Below are positions 45,092 through 53,560 of a stretch of 64,000 nucleotides of DNA, one piece after another. The stretch covers positions 65,275-129,274 of the forward strand of contig JBMOOP010000058.1 in assembly GCA_049324495.1 (NCBI GenBank). Reading direction: 5' to 3'. Each line of letters begins with the position of its first letter. Position 1 is the stretch's first letter. The stretch comes from Pseudomonadota bacterium (GTDB lineage: Bacteria; Pseudomonadota; Gammaproteobacteria; Pseudomonadales; JADFDG01). A program made the translations under genes and the position numbers. The notes beneath the pieces are model-generated. The model was not told the DNA's origin. It saw only the letters and a list, made by a program, of their open reading frames with translations, and made no database searches.

Positions 45092-45712
45092 TCAATCTGC
45101 CGGCCGTACGGCCTCTGCCTGCGGTCCCTTGGCGCCCTGGCCGACACGGAAGCTGACGCGCTGTCCGTCCTTGAGGGCGCGGTGCCCGTCACCTTCGATC
45201 GAGCGGTAATGGACGAAGAGTTCTTCGCCGTTCTCGCGAACGATGAAGCCGAACCCCTTTTTGGCATCGAACCACTTGACCCGACCGGTCTCGCCGCCGC
45301 GCGGCAGGCGTCGCAGGCGCGGCACCGGCAGTAGCATCAGCGCGAGAATCACCGGAGGCAGCAGTACGAACGGCGCATCGGTGATCCAGCGATGCGACGG
45401 CACCTGCGCCGAGCTGATCTCCAGTATCTTTATCGCGGCAATCAGCCCGAAGAACAGTATCAGTACCGGATGTACGCGCGTACGGATCTGCGGGTTGGTC
45501 AGGCACCAGAAAAACGCGAGACCCACGCAGATATAGGTGACGCCGAACCTGCGCATGAGGTTGTCGAAGGCACTGCCATTGCCGTAATCCTCCATCTGCA
45601 TGCGCAGCACACTGTTCCAGGAGGGCGGATCGAGCAGCATCCACAGGCCGTTGCCGATGCAGGCAATGCCGAACAGCAAATAGATCGTACGTGTAATGTG
45701 TTCGCGGTTCAT
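45092..45712 (-). CDS. Membrane-anchored cold-shock-domain protein (4 TM + C-terminal CSD)
   Basis: The N-terminal ~140 aa have four hydrophobic helices. The C-terminal ~65 aa are a CSD with RNP1 KGFGFI and RNP2 LFVHY. Confidence 0.8.
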   Translation of the reverse strand: MNREHITRTIYLLFGIACIGNGLWMLLDPPSWNSVLRMQMEDYGNGSAFDNLMRRFGVTYICVGLAFFWCLTNPQIRTRVHPVLILFFGLIAAIKILEISSAQVPSHRWITDAPFVLLPPVILALMLLPVPRLRRLPRGGETGRVKWFDAKKGFGFIVRENGEELFVHYRSIEGDGHRALKDGQRVSFRVGQGAKGPQAEAVRPAD

Positions 45713-45773
45713 GAGGATTCCGGAAGTGGGCAGGGCATAGGTGTATTGCGCGCACGCGACAGCCGGATTGCGG

Positions 45774-46163
45774 TCAACGGTTCTCGCGATCGAAGCACAG
45801 CAGCGACATGGTGATTACGTCCTTGATGTCACTCTTGGGGTGGCGGGGGTCCTTGGGGCCGAGTTGATCGGTAACGTCCTCAATGGTGGATTCGGTGGGT
45901 TCTGCGGCATCCACCACGAACTCGAATACACGGCGCTGTTGGGATACCACCGTGCCGTTGAACAGGTTGGCATCGAGCTCGGCAAAGCAGGGGAACAGCG
46001 ATCGGTTGATATCGATACCGTGGCGGCGCAGTACGTCGAGGACTACCGGACTCGGAATGTCGCCCCGGCGCAGGCGATCCGTGCATTCCTGCACGCGATC
46101 ATACACCTGCTTCTCTGCCAGCTTGGCGAAGTCCATCCGCTGCCCTCCTTTCCGTAACTCCAC
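45774..46163 (-). CDS. Hypothetical protein
   Basis: 129-aa ORF (or 120 aa from ATG 46136), 61 nt upstream of and co-oriented with the TM-CSD gene. I recognise no motif; the call rests on ORF length and position only. Confidence 0.4.
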   Translation of the reverse strand: MELRKGGQRMDFAKLAEKQVYDRVQECTDRLRRGDIPSPVVLDVLRRHGIDINRSLFPCFAELDANLFNGTVVSQQRRVFEFVVDAAEPTESTIEDVTDQLGPKDPRHPKSDIKDVITMSLLCFDRENR

Positions 46164-46313
46164 GCCTGCGTAGCGCGACTGCGCCAGAAGTCAGACGATT
46201 CTAGGGGGGCTGCGTGAATCAGGCCAGTACGCGGGTGGCCGCTCGGGTGGCCCGGGCGTCCGCTGGAGCAATCCCTTACACTTGTGCGGTTGGTGAATCA
46301 CTTCGGGGGAGCC

Positions 46314-46943
46314 ATGCGCCTGACCCGTACCCAGCAAAAGGAACACACCCGCCTGCGGCTGGTTGACGCAGCGCTGGCCATGATCGGCGCCGGACAGACA
46401 CTCGACGGGCTCAGCCTGCGCGAGGTGGCGAAACAGGCCGGCATCGCGCCCACCTCGTTTTACAGTCACTTTGCCGACATCAACGCGCTTGGCATTGTGT
46501 TGATCAACGAAGCGTGCCTCGCATTGCGCCAACTGATGCGTCAGGGCCGTCGGGAAATGATTGTCGAGGACAGCAACTTCGCGATCCGCCAGTCGGTGTT
46601 GCGGTTCATCAACTACCTCGACCTGAACGCCGGGCTGCTGCGTCTGATCGTGCGCGAGCGCTTTGGCGGCAACGAGGACTTCCGGCGCACCATTGCGCGC
46701 GAATTGCGATTCATTGCCGATGAGCTTGCCGAGGACATCGAGCAGGTCGTGGTGGAGCAAAAGCGGGTAGTGATTGATAGCCGGCTGGTGGCCGAGACCG
46801 CGACCCTGGTGCTGTTCGATTTCGGTGCCGGGGCCCTTGACATGACCCGCACCGACCGTGAAATCGCCGCCGGGCGGTTGGTGCGTAAACTGACCCTGGT
46901 ATTCCTTGGCGGGCGTGCATTGGCGGGCAACACGACGCTCTAG
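46314..46943 (+). CDS. fabR: TetR-family repressor, FabR-like
   Basis: ATG 46314 after GGGGGA. The N-terminus QQKEHTRLRLVDAALAMI...LSLREVAKQAGIAPTSFYSHFADINALG...LRQLMRQGR closely parallels my recollection of E. coli FabR. Confidence 0.8.
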   Translation: MRLTRTQQKEHTRLRLVDAALAMIGAGQTLDGLSLREVAKQAGIAPTSFYSHFADINALGIVLINEACLALRQLMRQGRREMIVEDSNFAIRQSVLRFINYLDLNAGLLRLIVRERFGGNEDFRRTIARELRFIADELAEDIEQVVVEQKRVVIDSRLVAETATLVLFDFGAGALDMTRTDREIAAGRLVRKLTLVFLGGRALAGNTTL

Positions 46944-46951
46944 AAGGCGCA

Positions 46952-47004
46952 CTGTACAAGCACAAAAAAAGCGGCCGATGGCCGCTTTTTTTGTGCTTGT
47001 ACAG
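46952..47004. terminator. Bidirectional rho-independent terminator
   Basis: A 53-nt near-perfect palindrome CTGTACAAGCACAAAAAAAGCGGCC-GAT-GGCCGCTTTTTTTGTGCTTGTACAG between the convergent genes fabR and cspA. A-runs and T-runs flank the GC stem on both strands. Confidence 0.9.
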
Positions 47005-47010
47005 TCGATG

Positions 47011-47223
47011 TTAGTCGACCATCACAACATCTTCTGCCTGCGGGCCTTTCTCGCCCTGGGTCACGGCAAATTCGACTTTCTGGCCATCGGCAAGTGTGCG
47101 AAAGCCATTACCGCGGATGGCGCGGAAATGTACAAACACGTCGCTGCCATCGCCACGGCTGATGAAGCCATAACCCTTGCTTTCGTTGAACCACTTGACG
47201 GTCCCGTTTTCACGATCGGACAT
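47011..47223 (-). CDS. Cold-shock protein, CspA family
   Basis: 70 aa: [36 protein letters not shown]... with the RNP1 and RNP2 motifs. Confidence 0.95.
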   Translation of the reverse strand: MSDRENGTVKWFNESKGYGFISRGDGSDVFVHFRAIRGNGFRTLADGQKVEFAVTQGEKGPQAEDVVMVD

Positions 47224-47403
47224 AACACCTTATTTCCTAAAAAATTGGCCAGCGCGGGTAAGGAGGAACGGTTGGGTTGTCTCGATGCTGCGGCGGGCCG
47301 GGGATGGAACTGCTCCGGCATGATTGCCGGGGCGCAGGAGTATACGGGCTTCAGGGGCATGGCGGCCAGTCCGTTCGGTTGCCTGGTCTCCGATGACCGG
47401 GGG

Positions 47404-49353
47404 TCAGGCGAGACCGGGCAGCGGCGGGACGGGGCAGTCGAGTGCCTCGCCGACTGCCCGCAGCAGCTCAAGTTCGGCCACTTGCAGCTTGCCGTCGTGG
47501 TTGATGCAGTCGAGGCAGGCGTCCAGCAAGGGCTTCTTGAGCAGCGGCGAGAGATCCGCCAGTTCGGTCAATGCCTCGTGCAGTTGTATGGCCGTCAGCG
47601 CCTTCATCGGCAACAGCAGGGGTATGTCGACCGCAAAGCCCCGCATCACCCGCGCATGCAGGTCGGTGCATTCGGTGTCCTGACACCCGGACGCATGGCA
47701 CAGCATGGAAATGACGACGTTGACCGGTCCGACCACGCTGCCGTAAGAGCGGTGGCGCACCGGGCGCGCCGCTCCGGCACCCGGCGACAGGTGTTTGCGC
47801 ATCAGCGACAGCATCAGGTACTCGCGCAGCGTGATGCGCTGGTCGATGCGAACGAGTTGTTCGAGCACGGTGAGGAAGACCCTCTTCCGGCCGTCGGACA
47901 TCGGCCGCAGCGCCGGCAATGCCAGATCGTGGCAGGGCAGGTGCAGGCGGGTACCGAGCCGGCGCAGTTCCGGCATCGCGACCTTGAGGCGGTTGGCGAG
48001 ACTGTCGCTGTCGCCGGCTGCAACCACGCGGATTGCGTCGGCCTCGTGTCGGGCATCGGAACCGGCGAGCGCGATGCCGTAGGTGACGAGTCGCGCGCCG
48101 GCGGCGGTGCGCAGCAGGTCGCGAATGGATGCGGGGATGCTGTCGTGCAGACGGGTGCCGTAGGCGAGCTGGGTCGGTGTGAGCTGGCCGATGCTGGCGG
48201 CGACGGCGCCGGCCGCCGTTACAGGGGCAGGCGTCGAGCCCGCGAGGCCGGACATCGCCGGCGAGAATTGCGCGGATGACATTGATGGGGTGTCGACGGC
48301 CGGGGCTACTTTGCCCCGCGCCATCCGTGCGCGCGCGCGATCCCGCGCCATCATCGACGGATCGATGGCCGCGATGCGCTCGTCAAGCGGCGGGTGTGTC
48401 GCCAGCAGCGCAGAAAAATGCATTTTCACCGGCAGCGAAAAGCACATGTGGCTCATGTCCTCGGCGTGCGCGTTCTCCAGCAGCGAGCCGTCGGCCGCAT
48501 TGCGGATCTTCAGCAGCGCCTCGGCGAGGCCCTGCGGGTTGCGCGTGAACTGGACGCTGGAGGCATCAGCAAGCAATTCGCGCTGGCGTGAAATAGCAGC
48601 CTTGATCAGGCGCCCGAAGAACAGGCCGAGATAGCCGATCACCATCAGTGCCAGCGCAATCAGCACCAGGGCGATCATCAGCCCGACCCCCTTGTTGTCG
48701 CGCCTGCGGTTGCGGCCCAGACCGGTGCTGCGCAGCAGGAATTCGCCGAACCGGCCGAGCAGCAAAATGCCGGAGAGGATCGCATAGAGCTGCACGTTCA
48801 TCCGCATGTCGCCGTTGAGGATATGGCTGTACTCGTGGCCGATCACACCCTGCATCTGGTCACGATTGAAAGCGTCGAGGGCGCTTTTCGTGACGACCAG
48901 CACGGCCTCCGTGGGCTCGAACCCGGCGACAAATGCATTGATGCCCGGCTCGTTGTCCATCACATAGGTGGTGGGTGCCGGCGTGCCCGAAGCCAGAGCC
49001 ATTTCCTCGACGATGTTGAGCAACATACGCTCTTGCGCATCGGTGGTATCCGGATCGACGCGGCGTGCCCGCACGGCATCGGCGATGGCGTGGCCGCCAT
49101 CGCGCAACTGCAGATAACATGTCAGCGAGCCGACGCCGATGATGGCGAGGGTGCCAAACGAGATCCAAAGCCATGCCGGCTTCGCCAGCCAGTTGTCGAG
49201 AGCGAGCCCGGGCAGCACTGGCCAGTTGAATACCAGGAATACAGCAGCATTCACCGCGACGACAGTAAGGAGCACCGCGAGGGAAAAATAAAAAAGCAGC
49301 AGACCTGTGCGCTGGCGCGCCCGTTCCTGATGAGCAAAGAAATCCATCGCCAT
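47404..49353 (-). CDS. M48-family zinc metallopeptidase with large C-terminal TerB-like region
   Basis: N-terminal TM helices, HExxH (GHEYSHILNGD), further TM helices, then a ~300-aa cytoplasmic extension ending DGKLQVAELELLRAVGEALD. Confidence 0.86.
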   Translation of the reverse strand: MAMDFFAHQERARQRTGLLLFYFSLAVLLTVVAVNAAVFLVFNWPVLPGLALDNWLAKPAWLWISFGTLAIIGVGSLTCYLQLRDGGHAIADAVRARRVDPDTTDAQERMLLNIVEEMALASGTPAPTTYVMDNEPGINAFVAGFEPTEAVLVVTKSALDAFNRDQMQGVIGHEYSHILNGDMRMNVQLYAILSGILLLGRFGEFLLRSTGLGRNRRRDNKGVGLMIALVLIALALMVIGYLGLFFGRLIKAAISRQRELLADASSVQFTRNPQGLAEALLKIRNAADGSLLENAHAEDMSHMCFSLPVKMHFSALLATHPPLDERIAAIDPSMMARDRARARMARGKVAPAVDTPSMSSAQFSPAMSGLAGSTPAPVTAAGAVAASIGQLTPTQLAYGTRLHDSIPASIRDLLRTAAGARLVTYGIALAGSDARHEADAIRVVAAGDSDSLANRLKVAMPELRRLGTRLHLPCHDLALPALRPMSDGRKRVFLTVLEQLVRIDQRITLREYLMLSLMRKHLSPGAGAARPVRHRSYGSVVGPVNVVISMLCHASGCQDTECTDLHARVMRGFAVDIPLLLPMKALTAIQLHEALTELADLSPLLKKPLLDACLDCINHDGKLQVAELELLRAVGEALDCPVPPLPGLA

Positions 49354-49384
49354 GGCAGCGGGATATGCGCTCAGGCAGTGCTGT

Positions 49385-49969
49385 TTACCGGAACGAAACC
49401 TTCACCGCCTGACGGGCTTCTGGTTGATCCACTTCATACAATTCGGCGGCCTTGAAATTGAACATGCCGGCAACAAAATTGCTGGGGAACTGTTCGCGGT
49501 AGGTGTTGTGGTTCATTGCCGCATCGTTGTACGCCTGGCGCGCAAAGCCGACCTTGTTCTCGGTGGATGTGAGTTCTTCCATCAGTGCTGCCATCGTCTG
49601 GTTGGCCTTGAGATCCGGGTAGTTCTCCGACAGCGCGAAAAAATTGGCAAGTGCACCGTTCAGCGCACCTTCGGCGCGGGCCAGTTGCTGCACGCCTTCG
49701 CCGGGGCTCGCGGCGACTGTTTTCTGCGCGGTGACGGCCTGGTTGCGGGCCTGGATGACACGTTCGAGGGAGTCCTTCTCGTGCGCCATGTAGGTTTTGG
49801 CGGTTTCGACCAGGTTGGGGATCAGATCGTGCCGGCGCTGCAACTGCACGTCAATCTGTGCCCAGGCGTTCTTGAGCCGGTTCTTCAGGACGACCAGCTT
49901 GTTATAGATGCTGATGCCGATGATGAAGGGCAGGGCGATGATGGCGAAGAACGCGAATACATACAGCAT
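49385..49969 (-). CDS. lemA: LemA-family membrane protein
   Basis: 194 aa with an N-terminal TM helix and LemA-type sequence (YNKLVVLKNRLKNAWAQIDVQLQRRHDLIPNLV...). Confidence 0.92.
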   Translation of the reverse strand: MLYVFAFFAIIALPFIIGISIYNKLVVLKNRLKNAWAQIDVQLQRRHDLIPNLVETAKTYMAHEKDSLERVIQARNQAVTAQKTVAASPGEGVQQLARAEGALNGALANFFALSENYPDLKANQTMAALMEELTSTENKVGFARQAYNDAAMNHNTYREQFPSNFVAGMFNFKAAELYEVDQPEARQAVKVSFR

Positions 49970-50144
49970 GTTGGCAGGCCTCCGGGATGGCGGTCGCCAG
50001 AATCTAGCTCAAGGTGCCGGCCGGCGATAGCGCAGGCCGCCGGAGTGCCAGTGCATGGCCCCTGTGGTACCCTTTGCGGCCTTTTTCGAGGGGATTTCGC
50101 GATGGCGGATTCCCTCTGTTGCGATTGCCTGGAGTCACTCTGCC

Positions 50145-50489
50145 ATGCGCGAACCCGAATTCCTCTACCGCGTGACCTTTCTCAGCCAGGGTCAGGTTTA
50201 TGAGGTTTATGTCAAAAACATCTACCAGAGCGACATCTACGGTTTTGTCGAGATCGAGCATTTCGTGTTTGGTGGCAAGTCGGCCGTGGTGGTTGATCCA
50301 GGCGAAGAGAAGCTGAAAAACGAGTTTCAGGACGTGGTCTGCAGTTTTGTGCCGATGCACAGCATTATCCGTATCGATCAGGTCGAGAAAGGCGGCGTCG
50401 CCAAGATCAGCGAGCCCCGAGGCGGCAATGTGTCGCCGTTTCCGGTGTCGTTTCTGCCGCCGTCGGATCGCAACCGGCCGCCGAAGTAA
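50145..50489 (+). CDS. DUF1820-like small protein
   Basis: ATG 50145 (MREPEFLYRVTFLSQGQVYEVYVKNIYQSDIYGFVEIEHFVF...). The family assignment is from memory and is moderately certain. Confidence 0.65.
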   Translation: MREPEFLYRVTFLSQGQVYEVYVKNIYQSDIYGFVEIEHFVFGGKSAVVVDPGEEKLKNEFQDVVCSFVPMHSIIRIDQVEKGGVAKISEPRGGNVSPFPVSFLPPSDRNRPPK

Positions 50490-50506
50490 GCGTTCGATTC
50501 AGGATA

Positions 50507-50535
50507 CAAAAAGCCCGGCGATGCCGGGCTTTTTG
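50507..50535. terminator. Rho-independent terminator (bidirectional form)
   Basis: AAAAAGCCCGGC-GAT-GCCGGGCTTTTT, 18 nt after the stop at 50489. It is also downstream, on the minus strand, of the antiporter gene plus repeat copy 1. Confidence 0.85.
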
Positions 50536-50549
50536 TTGAGGCAAGGCGA

Positions 50550-50632
50550 CCAGGCTCTCTCTGCCGGAATTCCATCTTGTTGATTTTTTTAAGGGATTTC
50601 ATCACGAGAAATGCTGGTTACCCCCGCAATTC
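50550..50632 (+). repeat. Copy 1 of an ~83-nt intergenic repeat
   Basis: The 26-nt core CTGCCGGAATTCCATCTTGTTGATTT (50561-50586) matches 63331-63356 at 25 of 26 positions. The blocks CCAGGC, AAGGGATT and GTTACCCCCG are shared in the same order and orientation. Confidence 0.8.
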
Positions 50633-51830
50633 AGCGCTGCGAACCTTGATCGCCAGTGTCGGACGTTTCCTGTTTCGGTACCTCCGGCGTCTCGAACTCC
50701 AGCAGCGGCAGGCGGAGCACAAGCCCGGGGACCAGGGTATTGGTCAGCGTGAAGATCATCAGGGCACCGAACAATTCAGGGGCCAGCGCGAACTCGGTCC
50801 TGAGAATTTCGGCGATGACGATGGTAAATACCAGGGTCGGTACCACGGCAATTCCGATGCGAGCACCGACGGCCAGCGGTTCCTTCAGGGCCAGGCGGCG
50901 GTGCAACGCCACGCGGAATATCTGGAGCGGGACGACTACCAGAAGCAGGGCAGCCGCAATGGCAAATGCGGTGGGCGAAAAGTTGTCGGCTTCGAGGTGT
51001 AACCCGGCCTGCAGGAAGTAGAAGGGGATGAAGAAGGTGGCAAACAGTTCCACACCGATGATCAGTCGCTCCGAACTAAGTTCCGGCAGCTCTTTGCGCA
51101 AGCGCACGGCCGTGAGGCCGACGACGAAGGCGCCGACGAGGTAATAGACCCCGAGCTCCCGTGTAATGAACGCACAGAGCAGTGCAACGATGATCAGGAA
51201 AGAGAATTCGGTCTTTGGTGCAAACGGGGCAATAAAGCGGGAAAACAGATGGAACAGCGGCGGCAGTAACGTCACCATGGCGATCAGCGCGACAGCCGAT
51301 ACGCCCATCGCTTGCGGGTCTGTGCTCTGTACGGTGAGGAACAGGATTGCCAGTGCTACGAGCTCGGTAGCGATCGCCTTCGATTTCACCCAGAAGCGTT
51401 CCTCGGTGGACAGTCCGAAGCTGGGCAGTGAGTCCAGGATGAACCCGGTCGAGGGGGTGAGAAGCGCCAGCGCGAAGAGCAGGGCAGTGCGTTTATCCAA
51501 TCCGAACACCAGATGGACGACTACGGCACCCAGCAGCAGCAACAGCAATTGGACAGCGATGTGTTGCGCCAAGACCCTGCGGCCCCGACGGAGATCCGCA
51601 AAGTCCACTTCGAGGCCCGCAAAAAGAAACATCGTCACGATGCCCAGTGTGGCCAGCATGCGAATGGTCGAGTCGTCATGAAACAGGTGGAGCGTGATGC
51701 CGAGCGCCGCACCTATGCCAACGCAGGTCACGGCACTGGGCAGCCGGAAGCGCTGCAAGGCTCTTGGAAGAATGAACAGGCCGAACACCAGGATTATGTA
51801 CTGGAGTTCGGGTGAGGCGGTCAGGTCCAT
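50631..51830 (-). CDS. Cation:proton antiporter (CPA family, Na_H_Exchanger-type)
   Basis: 399-aa polytopic membrane ORF with CPA-type sequence (LGIVTMFLFAGLEVDF...) and no C-terminal KTN domain. Confidence 0.85.
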   Translation of the reverse strand: MDLTASPELQYIILVFGLFILPRALQRFRLPSAVTCVGIGAALGITLHLFHDDSTIRMLATLGIVTMFLFAGLEVDFADLRRGRRVLAQHIAVQLLLLLLGAVVVHLVFGLDKRTALLFALALLTPSTGFILDSLPSFGLSTEERFWVKSKAIATELVALAILFLTVQSTDPQAMGVSAVALIAMVTLLPPLFHLFSRFIAPFAPKTEFSFLIIVALLCAFITRELGVYYLVGAFVVGLTAVRLRKELPELSSERLIIGVELFATFFIPFYFLQAGLHLEADNFSPTAFAIAAALLLVVVPLQIFRVALHRRLALKEPLAVGARIGIAVVPTLVFTIVIAEILRTEFALAPELFGALMIFTLTNTLVPGLVLRLPLLEFETPEVPKQETSDTGDQGSQR

Positions 51831-52273
51831 TTCAGAATATCCACGGTGTTGGCGGAAGCGTTCCTTGGGTTACAGCGCGCCTGCATAGGCCGAATAGATG
51901 ATGAGCAGGGCAAGAAGCAGGATCGCAGCGCAATATTCGCAATATTGCAGCAACCGCCTGATATCGGTGCGGCCCATGCCGAGCAGCGGAGTGCGTGCGC
52001 CGGGAGAAAATTCGCCAATGACGGATTCCGCAGCATCGGGTCCGGCGCCGGTCTGCCGACGTATCACCCAGATCACGTCGATGTCGTGCGCTTTCAGTGG
52101 TTCTGCGCAGACAGCCTGACCGGCCCTGCCGAATCCAAAGAGACCAGCCCTGATGGGCCCGTTGCTGGCTTTTATCGTTCGTCCGCATGGCGGTTCTCCT
52201 GGGAGCTGTTGACGGACGACCGATCATGACCACTTGGCCGGGAATGGTAAACCCTTGGATCGTCGGTTGTCGG

Positions 52274-52504
52274 TTATACGCGACGGTTGCTGAAGCGAGC
52301 ACTGGTTGTCAACAGGAACAGGAATGCGGTCTTGACCCTGCCGATGTGAACGGCGGCAATAAATACGTTGTCGCTGATTGCGGAAAGAGCGCCGTTGGCG
52401 ATGTACATAAGCGGCAAACGCACCTGATCGTCCTGTTGCAGGACATGGGTAATGACCGGCTGAAACAAATGCTGGTTGTGAATGACGTCAACCATGACGA
52501 AAAA
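52274..52504 (-). pseudogene. nhaB 3'-end fragment (duplicated remnant)
   Basis: FFVMVDVIHNQHLFQPVITHVLQQDDQVRLPLMYIANGALSAISDNVFIAAVHIGRVKTAFLFLLTTS aligns with the C-terminal region of the intact NhaB (nt ~53670-53977). It carries an internal deletion (AAF...AAFLFLL) and lacks the whole N-terminal ~360 aa. Confidence 0.75.
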
Positions 52505-52649
52505 CTGAACCGGATAACACGGACCAGTACCGCGATGAGTGCCGCGGTGATGGTGATTCGAATGAGCTCCCGCTCTCGGCCTCGACCACGATTTCTGCGG
52601 CATGTTTATCGAGCGCTCGTTCGGTTGTTGCCGGAAGCAACGGGTCTGA

Positions 52650-53445
52650 CTGAGCGCCGCAACATGGTGTTCTCGGGCACCTACATCACGGCCGGCAGGG
52701 CGCGTGCCGTCGTGACGGCCACGGGCAGACACACCGAGGTCGGCGGAATTGCGCGCATGACCGAAGCGGCAGAGGAATTGAAGACACAGCTGGAGTTGCG
52801 TATCGCGCAATTTGGTCGGTATCTGGTGGTGAGCGCGCCGGGGCTGTTCGCGACGATCCTGGTACTGGGTCATTTGCGCAGCCTGCCAGTTGCCGACGTG
52901 GTCATGGTCGCGATGACCCAGGTGATCTCGATGGCGCCTGAGGGCCTGCCGGCGGCCATGACCATTGCGCTGGCGGTGGGCATGCGCCGCATGGCCGGGC
53001 GCGGCGCAATCATACGGCGACTGTCGGCGGTGGAAACGTTGGGATCCACAACGGTGATCTGCAGCGACAAGACCGGTACGTTGACGCGCAATGAAATGAC
53101 CGTCTGTACCTTGTGGCTGTCCGGCAACCGGCAAATCGACATATCCGGCGTGGGTTACGCACCGGTCGGAATGCTGACCGAAGCGGGCACGAGCGTGGAT
53201 TCGACCGACGCGACTGTTGTTGCACTGCTGAATGCCGCAGCACTGTGCAATGGCGCTGAACTTGTATCGCCGGGTGATGATACTGCCCAGTGGGCTGTGC
53301 GGGGCGACCCGACGGAAGCGGCGTTGCTGGTTGCGGCGAGCAAGGTCGGCATTGATATCCGGCTGCGGCCAAAATCATCATCACGGATGACAATTTCGCC
53401 ACCATTGTCGCCGCCGTCGAGCAAGGTCGCGTGGTCTATGGCAAT
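52650..53445 (+). pseudogene. P-type ATPase fragment (internal piece, disrupted)
   Basis: It contains RNMVFSGTYITAGRARAVVTATG, PEGLPAAMT, the phosphorylation site ICSDKTGTLT (DKTGT at 53066-53080) and GDPTEAALL. It then jumps frame at ~53365 to KIIITDDNFATIVAAVEQGRVVYGN. The N-terminal TM/actuator part, most of the P domain and the C-terminal TM helices are absent. Confidence 0.8.
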
Positions 53446-53560
53446 TCGCCAGGAGCGATCGCCTGTGGCGGATCCGATCACGCAGCTCGGCGAGTTGAAG
53501 CAGGCCGTCTGCCGGCTTGGAATCCGTGCTGTCGTTCCGGGGCCTGTACTTGGCACACTG

